DNA from: Planctomycetota bacterium
Lineage (GTDB): Bacteria > Planctomycetota > UBA1135 > UBA2386
Assembly (NCBI GenBank): GCA_046306335.1
Contig: JBKDXM010000051.1
Location: 21-64,020, forward strand
Direction of reading: 5' to 3'
Length of the DNA stretch: 64,000 bases
In this document: positions 36,326-44,858 of the stretch, one piece after another
Layout of the letters: the number at the start of each line of letters is the position of its first letter
Position numbering within the stretch: the stretch's first letter is position 1
Notes under the pieces: model-generated
What the model saw: only the letters and a program-made list of their open reading frames with translations
What the model was told of the DNA's origin: nothing
Database searches by the model: none
Made by a program: the position numbers and the translations under genes

Positions 36326-37705
36326 CTACGGCCCGCCGCCCGCCGCCGTCGCGTCGACGCCGCGCGCTGCGCGGTGGTCGGCGAGCGCGCGGTGCCAATC
36401 GAGCCAAGCCTCGACCGCGAGCGCCTCGGCGTCGGCGAACTGCAGTTCGCGCAGCTGCACGCGGAACATGTCGCTGCGACCGAGCTCGAAGGCGCGCTTC
36501 TCGGCGTCGACGACCTGCCTCGCGAGGTCGGCGTTGCGGCGGCCGGCGACGTACTGCGCGTGCGCGGCGCGCAGGGCGGAGCGCGCGTCGGCCACGTCGT
36601 TGACGATGCGATCGCGCGTGAAGCGGTTGTCGATCTGCAGCCGCCGGATCGCGGCCTCGGCCTGCGCCAAACGGCCGTAGGCGTCGCGCTGGCGCAGCGG
36701 CAGGCGCAACTCGCCGCCGACGAACAGCTCTTCCTGCGACGGATCGAGGTAGGGGTCGGAGCTCAGCGACCGGCTGGCCTCGACGACGACGTCGAGCTGC
36801 GGTTGGGTCTGGTTGCTGGCGAGCTGGCGATCGGTCTCGGCCCGATCGAGTTGCAACTGCAGCCGGCGCAGCTCCGGCCGCCGCTGCAGCGCCTCCTCGG
36901 TGTCCGCCATCAGCGTGGCCTCGTCGAGCGGCTGCGGCGCGGGCACGTCCGCCGGCAGGCGCTTGCCGTCGGGCACGATCGGCGCGTCCCCGGCGTCGCG
37001 CAGGAACAGCGACAATTCCAGCGCCGCCTGTTGCAGCTGCCGCTCGGCGCGCGCGACGAAGGTCTGGCGCTGCGCGATCAGCCGTTCGTTGTCGGTGACG
37101 TCGATGGCGGCCAGGAACTGCCGCTCGACGCCGCGCTGCAGGTCGGCGACGCGCTCGGTCGCCAGCCGCAGCAGGTCGTTGGCGATGCGCAGGCGCTGGC
37201 CGGCGGCGACCCAGGCGTAGTACACGCGCGCAGCCGAGCGTACGTAGTCGATGCGCGCGCGCGCGATCGTCGGGTCGGCGAGTTCGGCGTCGATCTCCGC
37301 CTGCCGCACGACGGCGCGGCGGCGGTCGAAGCCGCGGTCGCGGAACAGCGGGATGCGACCGCCGAAGACCAGTTCGCCGGCGTCCTGCGTGCGGTCCTTG
37401 CTGTAGTCGGGCAGGCCGCCGTCGCTGATGCGGTAGCCACCGTAGACCGTGTCGCCGGTGGCGAGCGGCTGCTCCAACTGCGCGCCGAACGTGGTGGCTT
37501 CGTAGTAGCCGGCTACCTGTCGGCCGATCCGGCTGGTCAGGTTGGTGTCGAAGTTGCCCATCGCCTGCAGCAGCCGGCCGGACGCGAGGTCGCGTTCGAG
37601 CAGCGTGCTCAGCCAGGGCGGGTAGCGGCTGGTGACCGACGCGATCACCTCGTCGAGTCCGAGGGGCGCGTCGGGCTGCGGCAACGAGGACGTCGCAGGC
37701 ACCAC
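36326..37705 (-). CDS. TolC/NodT-family outer-membrane efflux protein. The longest uninterrupted ORF has no signal peptide
   Basis: Two OEP-type repeats with typical coiled-coil/Gly-Tyr beta segments (TVYGGYRISDGG..., FVGGELRLPL...). Ends in TAG. The lipoprotein signal lies upstream of in-frame TAG 37745-37747. Confidence 0.75.
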   Translation of the reverse strand: MVPATSSLPQPDAPLGLDEVIASVTSRYPPWLSTLLERDLASGRLLQAMGNFDTNLTSRIGRQVAGYYEATTFGAQLEQPLATGDTVYGGYRISDGGLPDYSKDRTQDAGELVFGGRIPLFRDRGFDRRRAVVRQAEIDAELADPTIARARIDYVRSAARVYYAWVAAGQRLRIANDLLRLATERVADLQRGVERQFLAAIDVTDNERLIAQRQTFVARAERQLQQAALELSLFLRDAGDAPIVPDGKRLPADVPAPQPLDEATLMADTEEALQRRPELRRLQLQLDRAETDRQLASNQTQPQLDVVVEASRSLSSDPYLDPSQEELFVGGELRLPLRQRDAYGRLAQAEAAIRRLQIDNRFTRDRIVNDVADARSALRAAHAQYVAGRRNADLARQVVDAEKRAFELGRSDMFRVQLRELQFADAEALAVEAWLDWHRALADHRAARGVDATAAGGGP

Positions 37706-37744
37706 CGGCGTCGCGGCGCTCGACGACGCGGCCTGCGGCGGCTG

Positions 37745-37852
37745 CTACACGTCGGCCGGCGGCAGCGCCGGCGGCCGGTAGCGCGTCGGCGCGCAACCGG
37801 CGAGCACGGCGGCTACCGCTGCGGCGAGGCCTGCCGCGCGGCGGGTCGTCAC
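37745..37852 (-). other. Lipoprotein signal-peptide segment (VTTRRAAGLAAAVAAVLAGC...) in frame with the TolC-like ORF, terminated by TAG
   Basis: GTG 37852 overlaps the HlyD stop (GTGA). Lipobox LAGC. Same reading frame as 36326..37705; 13 sense codons separate the TAG from the track ORF start. Confidence 0.6.
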
Positions 37853-39261
37853 TTGCCGTCCTCCGGCGGGTTGTCGCCGGCGTCGCGCTTCGGCGGGTCG
37901 ATCGACGGCGGGAAGCCGTTCAGCTGGCGCCAGATCTCGAAGCCGATCGAGACGCGGTCGAGCACGATCCATCCCTTGGCGCGCGTGCCTTGGCGCAGCC
38001 ACCGCTCGTCCGGCCAAGCGTGCGGATTGGCGGCGGCGCTGACCTTCTCGAAGGTGACCAGCTCGCGCAGCCAGTTGACGAACGGACCCTCGGGGCCGGC
38101 GAACGGTCGTTCGTCCGGCAGCACCAGCACGCGGAAGCGGCCCTTGCCGTCGTCGAAGCGGTCGATGAACTCGACCTTGCCGCCGAACGTGCCGACGGCG
38201 ACCGACGGCCAGCCGACCCACTGCACCGCCGGCCAGCCCTCGAACAGCAGGCGCACGTGCCGGCCGACGTCGAGGAAGTTGACGTCGTTGCCGTCGACGA
38301 ACAGTTCGACCGCCAGCTGCTTGGTGCGCGGCACGAGCAGCGCGAGCGTCGCGCCCGACTTGACGAAGCCGCCGCCCTGGCCGTTGGCGAACAGCCGCTG
38401 CACGAAGCCGTCGGCGGGGGCCAGCACGCTCTGCTGGCGCTGGCGTTCGAGGTCGCGCTCCAGCCGCAGCACCGCGCCGTCGGCGTCGGCGACGTCGCCG
38501 CTGGCGGCGTCGCGGTCGGCGAGCGCCGACTGCACCTTGGCCTGCTCGTCGTTCTCGACGCGCTCGCGGTTGCTCTTTGCCGCCTGCAGCTGCGCCTCGG
38601 CCGCCGCGATGCCGGCCGTGCGCGCGCGCAGCTCCGCGCGCGCGACGCCGGACTGCTGCTTGGCGCGCTGCAGCTCGAAGCCCGGCGCGATGCGTTCCTG
38701 CACCAGCCCTTCGAACATCGACTCCAAGAACGTGTTGAGTTTGACACTCTCCTCGGCGGCCGCGAGGCCCTGCTTGGCGACCTCGACGGCCTGCTCGGCG
38801 GCGCGGATCTGGTCGTCGGCGACGCGCATCGCGGCCGCGCGCGCCTGCGTGGCCTGGTCGACGCGGCCGGCGTACTGGTCGCGCTTGCGCACCGACGCCT
38901 CGCGCTTCTCCCGCGCGGCCGTCAGCTGGTCGCGCAAGCGTTCGAGGATGCTCGGGTCGTTGTCGGCGAGGTCGACGATCGGATCGCCGGCCTTGACGTT
39001 CTGGCCTTCGCGCACGTGCCACTTCAGCAGCACGCCGTCGGTGCGCGCCTGGATCGGCTGCGGCCGGTCGACCGGGTCGTACTCGATGACGCGGCCCTCG
39101 CCGGGCAGGTTCTGCTGCCAGGGCGCGAACACCAGCACGAGCGGGGCGACCACGAGCAGCAGCGTCATGGCGCGCGCGACGCGTCGACCGATGTGCCTGC
39201 CACCCGCCATGCCGACTGCGTCGGTGTAGCGCGCCGGGTAGCAAGGGACGTCGTGGCTCAT
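37849..39261 (-). CDS. HlyD-family membrane fusion protein (type I secretion / ABC efflux adaptor)
   Basis: ATG at 39261. N-terminal TM (MTLLLVVAPLVLVF), lipoyl-like DGVLLKWHVREGQNVKAGDPIVDL, a long coiled coil, then APADGFV and a beta-barrel domain. Confidence 0.85.
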   Translation of the reverse strand: MSHDVPCYPARYTDAVGMAGGRHIGRRVARAMTLLLVVAPLVLVFAPWQQNLPGEGRVIEYDPVDRPQPIQARTDGVLLKWHVREGQNVKAGDPIVDLADNDPSILERLRDQLTAAREKREASVRKRDQYAGRVDQATQARAAAMRVADDQIRAAEQAVEVAKQGLAAAEESVKLNTFLESMFEGLVQERIAPGFELQRAKQQSGVARAELRARTAGIAAAEAQLQAAKSNRERVENDEQAKVQSALADRDAASGDVADADGAVLRLERDLERQRQQSVLAPADGFVQRLFANGQGGGFVKSGATLALLVPRTKQLAVELFVDGNDVNFLDVGRHVRLLFEGWPAVQWVGWPSVAVGTFGGKVEFIDRFDDGKGRFRVLVLPDERPFAGPEGPFVNWLRELVTFEKVSAAANPHAWPDERWLRQGTRAKGWIVLDRVSIGFEIWRQLNGFPPSIDPPKRDAGDNPPEDGK

Positions 39262-40943
39262 CGGCCTGCCTCCGACGGCACCGCAGTGTCGCAGTCGATG
39301 GCGCGATCGCACGCGGCGACGACGTCGTCCTCCTGTGTGACGACGAGGATCGTCCACGGGCGCCTGCGGTCGAACAGGTTGCGCAGCACGAGCGCGCGCA
39401 TCGGCTTGGTCAGCACGTCGATGGCCCCGTCGAGCATCAGCAGCCTCGGCGAACGCACGATCGCGCGCGCGAGCATCAGGCGGCTCGCCTGCGAACTCGA
39501 CAGCGGGCCTCCGCGCGTCGTCAGGCGCGTGTCGAGGCCATGCGGCAACGACAGCACCTCCTCCCAGAGCCCTGCCGCCGAGAGCGCGTCGCGGACCGCC
39601 TGCGGCGACAGCTCGCCGCGCCCGAAGCACAGGTTCTCCAGCACGGTGCCCTCGACGATCTCGGTGCCGTGCACGAGCGCGAAGTCGTCGCGCGTGGCGT
39701 CGAGTCGCAGCTGCCGAAGGTCGAGGCCGTCGACGACCGTCGTGCCGCCGAGCGGTTCGCGCAGGCCGAACAGCGCGTCGAGCACGTTGCTGGCGGCGCC
39801 GCCGGTAGAGCCGACCAGGGCGATGCGCTCGCCGGGCCGGACCGAGAGTTCGAAGACGCGCCTGCCGTTGCGTTCGCCCGGCGCCGCGCAGACGAGGCCG
39901 CGCAGCTCGATCGCGACGCCCTTGTCGGTCGACGGCAGGGCGTCGCCGTCCTGGCGTTCGAGCGGCAGGTCGACGAGGTGGCCGAGCTTGTCGGCCGAGG
40001 CGCAGGCGTCGTACCAGTCCTTGAGCACGTCGGCGACCTTGACGAGGTTGCTGGCGACTGCGCTGACGATCAGTTCGCTGGCGACCAGCTGGCCCGGAGT
40101 GAGCTGCTGCTCGATGACGAGCCAGCCGCCGACGCCGAGAACCGCCGTCGCCGCTGCGACCTGCACGACGACGCTGCCGACGAACTGGCGGAACCAGATG
40201 CGGAAGTGGCGGCGGCGGGCCTCGATGTACCGGCGGCACAGCTCGTCGGTGCGCTCTGCCGCGAAGTTGGCGCCGCCCTTGGTGCAGAACGCCGTCGTGT
40301 GGCGGGCGAGCTCCTGCAGCCACGCGGCGATGTCGTACTTGGCGATCGACTCGGCGATGGCGGTGCGGGTGCCGCGCCAGCCGAACCCGAACACGATCAC
40401 CGCCACGGCGCCGACCAGCGCCAGCACCAGGATCAACAGGAACGGGTGGTAGAAGGCCAGGACCGTCATGCCGACCGCGGTCTGCAGCACGACGTTGGTG
40501 ACGGCGAGGACCAGCTTCGTGCTGCTCTTCTGCAGCGTGATGGTGTCGAAGAAGCGGTTGACCTGCTCCGGGCCGTGGCGTTCGTCGAACGCGCTGATCT
40601 GCACGCGGGGCAGCCGCCACGACAGGTCGGCGGCGACGCGCACCAGCATGCGGCGCTCGATGACCTCTGCGGCCCAGACCTGCAGTCCCCGCAGCGCGCC
40701 GTTCAGCAGCAGGCAGCCGAGCAGCACCAGCGTCAGCACCACGAGAGGCGTCAGCATCGCGCCGAACAGGATGCTGCTGACCAGCGCGTCCACCGTGAGC
40801 GGCGCGGCGAGGCTGAGCACGGCGCTGGCGATGCCGAAGACCACGATGCTCCACAGGTCCGCTGCTTCCGGCTGCAGGAAGCTGAAGTAGCGTCGCCAGG
40901 CGGGAGGGTGGTCGTGCGGCTCGGCGGCGCTGGCTTCGGTCAT
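39258..40943 (-). CDS. ABC exporter-type fused TMD-NBD protein with a fully degenerate nucleotide-binding domain
   Basis: A 6-TM exporter-like N-terminal half. The NBD fold is recognisable, but Walker A = GSTGGAAS, Q-loop = HGTE, signature = LSSSQ, Walker B = LLMLDG and H-loop = VTQE. Confidence 0.85.
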   Translation of the reverse strand: MTEASAAEPHDHPPAWRRYFSFLQPEAADLWSIVVFGIASAVLSLAAPLTVDALVSSILFGAMLTPLVVLTLVLLGCLLLNGALRGLQVWAAEVIERRMLVRVAADLSWRLPRVQISAFDERHGPEQVNRFFDTITLQKSSTKLVLAVTNVVLQTAVGMTVLAFYHPFLLILVLALVGAVAVIVFGFGWRGTRTAIAESIAKYDIAAWLQELARHTTAFCTKGGANFAAERTDELCRRYIEARRRHFRIWFRQFVGSVVVQVAAATAVLGVGGWLVIEQQLTPGQLVASELIVSAVASNLVKVADVLKDWYDACASADKLGHLVDLPLERQDGDALPSTDKGVAIELRGLVCAAPGERNGRRVFELSVRPGERIALVGSTGGAASNVLDALFGLREPLGGTTVVDGLDLRQLRLDATRDDFALVHGTEIVEGTVLENLCFGRGELSPQAVRDALSAAGLWEEVLSLPHGLDTRLTTRGGPLSSSQASRLMLARAIVRSPRLLMLDGAIDVLTKPMRALVLRNLFDRRRPWTILVVTQEDDVVAACDRAIDCDTAVPSEAGR

Positions 40944-41041
40944 GGGCGTCGGCGGAATGGGTCGTCGTCCGCGCGGCGCGGGGGTTAGTCCGTGCCACCG
41001 CCCGGTGCAACCCGGGAAACCCTACCGGAAGACGTTTGCCG

Positions 41042-42583
41042 TTACGACGGCGCGTTCGCGGCGGCGTGCGCCGACCGCCACTCGCCGGCGCGCGCCTCCG
41101 CCCGGCGCAGCAACCGCCGCAGCGGCGTGTCCTGCAGCAGCGCGCGGTGGGCGCGCGTATAGCCGCGCAGGAACGCGCGCACGGTCGCAGCGCCGCCCGG
41201 GCGTCCGGCGGCGTCGTAGGCGGCGAGCAGGCGGCCGAGGTCGGCGCCGCGGCCGCGGGTCTCGGTGGCGGCGCGGCGGCGCACCCCATCGAGGTCGACC
41301 ATGGCAAGCGCGCCGCTCGCCGGGTCGCGCACGAGGTTGCTGAACTTGAGGTCGCGGTTGCCGAGGCCGTGGGCGTGCAGGCGGCCGACGCTGCGCCCAA
41401 GGCGCGCGGCGTCGGCGACCGCCGCGGCGGGGGACGGCGGCGCCGCCGCCAGCTCGTCGGCGAGCGAGCCCGCGCCGACCCGGCGCACGAACACCAACCC
41501 GCGGCCGGCGTGCAACCGCAGCGCCACCGGCGGCGGCGCATCGACCCCGGCGTAGGCGAGCCAGTAGCTGGCGCGCCACAGCTTCCGCGCCGCGCCAGCG
41601 TCGCGGTCCTTGACCGCGAGGTCGCCGTGCAGCCAGACCGCGCCGCGCCGCCCCGACTTCGTCGGGGTGCCCGGCGCCTCGGCGAACGCGGCGCAGGCCG
41701 CACGCGCCGGCGCGTCGGCGGTCGGCAGGTGCCAGACCCAGCGCGGCGTCGCCCGCCGACGCGGCGTGGTCTCGGTGTGCGCGCAGTCGCGGAAGGCGCG
41801 GCGGCCGAAGGCGTGCAGCGACGATGCCCGCAGGCGCCGCGCCGCCGCCGCCACCTCGCCCGGGAAGGTCGCCGGCAGCGCGCCGGCCGCGAGGTAGCCG
41901 GCGAACAAGGCCGCCGCCGCCGGGTCGAGGGCCCCGCCGTCGAGCACGTTGCAGAAACGGGCCAGGCCGCGCGCGCGGTCCAGCGCCGACGCCGGTTCGC
42001 CGCGGCGCACGCTCGTCAGGTCGAGCAACCGCGGCGCGCTGGCCTCGTCGATCAGGACGTTGCCGGGGTGCAGGTCGGCGACCAGGACGCCGAGGTCGTG
42101 CAGGCGGCGCAGCAGGGTCCCGGTGGCGTGCTGTGCTGCCGCGGTCGCATGGAAGTCGAACGGCGCGCCGGGGGCGGCGCGGGTGACGAGGAAGCTGCGC
42201 AGGTGGTCGCCTTCGACCGCGAAGCCGTGCGCCAGCGGTTCGACCACCGGCAGGCCCAGGCCGGCCGCCGCGGCGAGGTGGCGGCACTCGGCGCGACCGC
42301 GGTCGGCGCGGACGAGGTCGCGCACGCGGTCGACCAGCGTGTCGGCGCGGAACACCTTGACGAACACGGGCACGCCGCCGAGTTCGCCGCGGAACACGCT
42401 GCGCACCGTGCGCTGCTTCGCGCAGCGCAGGTCGTGATCCGGCCAGCGCGCGACGTCGTGCGCCAGCAGTTCGCGCAGCGGGCCGGCGAGCGCGGGCACG
42501 GCGGCCGCCGACGCCCGGCCGGCGGCGACCGGCAGAGAATGCGGCAGCGGGACGTTGCCCGGCGACGGGATGTGCGGAACCAT
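41042..42583 (-). CDS. Tandem lipopolysaccharide-kinase (Kdo/WaaP/InaA) family domains
   Basis: Two kinase-like halves with catalytic loops DLHPGNVLI and NRDLKFSNLV, each followed by an LLDL / MVDLDG Mg-binding-like motif. Ends in TAA. Confidence 0.7.
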   Translation of the reverse strand: MVPHIPSPGNVPLPHSLPVAAGRASAAAVPALAGPLRELLAHDVARWPDHDLRCAKQRTVRSVFRGELGGVPVFVKVFRADTLVDRVRDLVRADRGRAECRHLAAAAGLGLPVVEPLAHGFAVEGDHLRSFLVTRAAPGAPFDFHATAAAQHATGTLLRRLHDLGVLVADLHPGNVLIDEASAPRLLDLTSVRRGEPASALDRARGLARFCNVLDGGALDPAAAALFAGYLAAGALPATFPGEVAAAARRLRASSLHAFGRRAFRDCAHTETTPRRRATPRWVWHLPTADAPARAACAAFAEAPGTPTKSGRRGAVWLHGDLAVKDRDAGAARKLWRASYWLAYAGVDAPPPVALRLHAGRGLVFVRRVGAGSLADELAAAPPSPAAAVADAARLGRSVGRLHAHGLGNRDLKFSNLVRDPASGALAMVDLDGVRRRAATETRGRGADLGRLLAAYDAAGRPGGAATVRAFLRGYTRAHRALLQDTPLRRLLRRAEARAGEWRSAHAAANAPS

Positions 42584-42593
42584 GGGGCGGACG

Positions 42594-43655
42594 ATGTGGA
42601 AGCTGCAGCGATACTACCTGAAGGAGGTGCTGGTCTCCGCCTGCATCACCCTGCTGGTGTTGTTCGCGGTCATCCTCGTCAGCCTCGTCTACCGCGGCAT
42701 CCAGCGCTCGCAGGGCGGCGACGCCATCGACGCGCTCAAGATCACCCTGTTCTGGGCGCTCGACTCGTTCCCGCACCTGCTGCCGATCGCCTTCCTGCTC
42801 GCCACGGTGATGACGTTCACGCGGGCGGCGCAGGACCGCGAACTGACCGCCATCCGCGCCGCCGGCGTGTCGCCGCTGGTGCCGATGTCGGCCGCCCTGC
42901 TGGTCGGCGTCGGCCTCGCCGCGGTCGGCTCGGTGGCGATGCACTACGTGTTGCCAGAGGTGCACTTCCGCAAGTACCGCGTCATCGCCGGCGTGATGCG
43001 CAACGTGTTCATGAGCATGCAGCTCGGCACCGACCGCATCGTGCTGCCGGGCGGCTACGTGATGACCTATCGCGAGCACGACGAGGGCGGCTTCCGCGAC
43101 TGCACGATCTACTGCAAGAAGCCCATCGCCGGCTTCACGTCGCCGATCCTGTTCGTCGACACGGTGCAGGATCCGACGTTCGACGAGGACGACGCCGAGG
43201 TCGTCATCGCCCTCGAGGGCATCCGCGATCCGATCGGCACCAGCGGCACGCGTGGCCGCATGGCCATCGCCATCCCGTATCCGGCCATCGCCGGCCGCGA
43301 GTCCCGCGACGAACGCGACGACGACCTGCGCAGCGACCAATTGCTGTCGGAGGTGCTGCGCGGCGTGCACCCGCAGCCGAACGGCGCGCGCTACACGCTG
43401 TTCCGCCGTTCGTGCTTCGCGCTGCTGCCGCTGCTCCTGGCGCCGATCGGTTACTGCATCGCCGAGTTCGCGCGCGACCGCGGCCGCGTCTTCGCCCTGG
43501 TCCTCGCCCTCGTGCCGCTGTCGCTGTTCTTCCTCGGCGACGTGCTCGGCGCCCGCCTGCTGTTGTCGACGCACTCGCCGTGGTGCGGCTGGCTGCCCGC
43601 CGCGCTGCTCGCGTTCGTCGGCACGCCCTTCTGCTGGCGTCAGCTCCGCCGATGA
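42594..43655 (+). CDS. LptF/LptG-family LPS export permease
   Basis: ATG 42594. MWKLQRYYLKEVL... is the YjgP/YjgQ N-terminus. The layout is 3 TM, a periplasmic beta-jellyroll, then 3 TM. Confidence 0.8.
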   Translation: MWKLQRYYLKEVLVSACITLLVLFAVILVSLVYRGIQRSQGGDAIDALKITLFWALDSFPHLLPIAFLLATVMTFTRAAQDRELTAIRAAGVSPLVPMSAALLVGVGLAAVGSVAMHYVLPEVHFRKYRVIAGVMRNVFMSMQLGTDRIVLPGGYVMTYREHDEGGFRDCTIYCKKPIAGFTSPILFVDTVQDPTFDEDDAEVVIALEGIRDPIGTSGTRGRMAIAIPYPAIAGRESRDERDDDLRSDQLLSEVLRGVHPQPNGARYTLFRRSCFALLPLLLAPIGYCIAEFARDRGRVFALVLALVPLSLFFLGDVLGARLLLSTHSPWCGWLPAALLAFVGTPFCWRQLRR

Positions 43656-44728
43656 CGCGCCTCGACCTCTACGTGGGACGCATCGCCGCCGGCGCCTTCG
43701 CCGCAGCGCTGGCGTTCTTCCTGTTCCTGGCGGTGCTCGTCGATCTGCTCGGCAACGTCGGCCGTTACGCCGACCGGGCCTTCAAGGCCGGCTTCGGCGG
43801 CTTCGACCTCGCGCTCTACCTCGCCGGCTACTACCTCAAGCTGCTGCCGGTCCTGGCGACGACGGTCGCGCCGTTCGCGGTGGTCATCGCCGGCATGTTC
43901 GCGGTGGCGCGCCTGCAGCAGGCCAACGAGATCGTGCCGATGCTGTTCGTCGGCCGCAGCATCCGCCGCGTGCTGCAACCGATCGTGCTGCTGGCGGCGT
44001 TCGCGGGACTCGGCATGGCCGGGTGCTGGCAGTGGATCGTGCCGCACGTCGGCGCCGACCTCGCGAATTCGGAGACGTTCCTGCGCGAGAGCCGGACCGT
44101 CTACCGCAACCTCGTGCACGAACTGCGCGCCGAGGGCCGCCGCCTGCAGATCATGGAGTTCGATCCGGTCGCCCGGACGCTCGCCGACGTGCGCATGATC
44201 GAGGAGGACGCCCTCGGCGCCGACGTCACGCTGACCAGGGCCCGGGCCGCCAACTGGGACCCGGCGCGCGGCGACTGGCGTCTCGTCGACGGCCGCGTCG
44301 ATCGCACGCGCCGCAGCGAGCCGGTCGAGTGGCTCGGCCGGCCCGACCTGACGCCCGAGGTGCTGATCGCGCAGAGCCGCGACACGATCGACCCGGAGAT
44401 GCTCTCCTACGGCGACCTGCGGGCGTTGATGGTGGCGCGCCCCAACCGCGCCGACGTGCGGCTCGCGTTCCACCGGCACCTGACGTGGCCGCTGGCGAAC
44501 GTGTTGCTGCTGCTGCTCGTGCTGCCGCTGGCCGTGCACTACGAGCGCGGCAGCCGGCTCTGGCGCGTGCTCGCCGCCATCGGCCTGTGCGCGGCCTACA
44601 TGGTGTTCGACCTCGCCTGCCAGAGCCTCGGCAAGCGCGGCCTCGTCGATCCCGTCTTCCTGGCGTGGGCGCCGCCGATCGTGTTCGGCTCGCTCGGCGT
44701 CGTCCTCTACGGGGGCACCCGCTCGTGA
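43652..44728 (+). CDS. LptF/LptG-family LPS export permease (second subunit)
   Basis: ATG 43652 overlaps the upstream stop (ATGA). MTRLDLYVGRIAAGAF...; same architecture as the preceding gene. Confidence 0.8.
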   Translation: MTRLDLYVGRIAAGAFAAALAFFLFLAVLVDLLGNVGRYADRAFKAGFGGFDLALYLAGYYLKLLPVLATTVAPFAVVIAGMFAVARLQQANEIVPMLFVGRSIRRVLQPIVLLAAFAGLGMAGCWQWIVPHVGADLANSETFLRESRTVYRNLVHELRAEGRRLQIMEFDPVARTLADVRMIEEDALGADVTLTRARAANWDPARGDWRLVDGRVDRTRRSEPVEWLGRPDLTPEVLIAQSRDTIDPEMLSYGDLRALMVARPNRADVRLAFHRHLTWPLANVLLLLLVLPLAVHYERGSRLWRVLAAIGLCAAYMVFDLACQSLGKRGLVDPVFLAWAPPIVFGSLGVVLYGGTRS

Positions 44729-44838
44729 GTCCTTCTCCCGCCGTTCCGCCGCGCCGCGTCTCCGGGCGCGTGATCCTGATCGTGCTCGTGGCGCTCGTCG
44801 TCGCCATCGGCCTCGCCATCCGGCTCAACGTGCGCTGA
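44725..44838 (+). CDS. Possible 37-aa single-TM peptide coupled to the second lpt permease
   Basis: GTG 44725 overlaps the lpt stop (GTGA). VSPSPAVPPRRVSGRVILIVLVALVVAIGLAIRLNVR. Support is only geometry and hydrophobicity. Confidence 0.25.
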   Translation: MSPSPAVPPRRVSGRVILIVLVALVVAIGLAIRLNVR

Positions 44839-44858
44839 CGCGCCCGCCGGCCGCGCGG

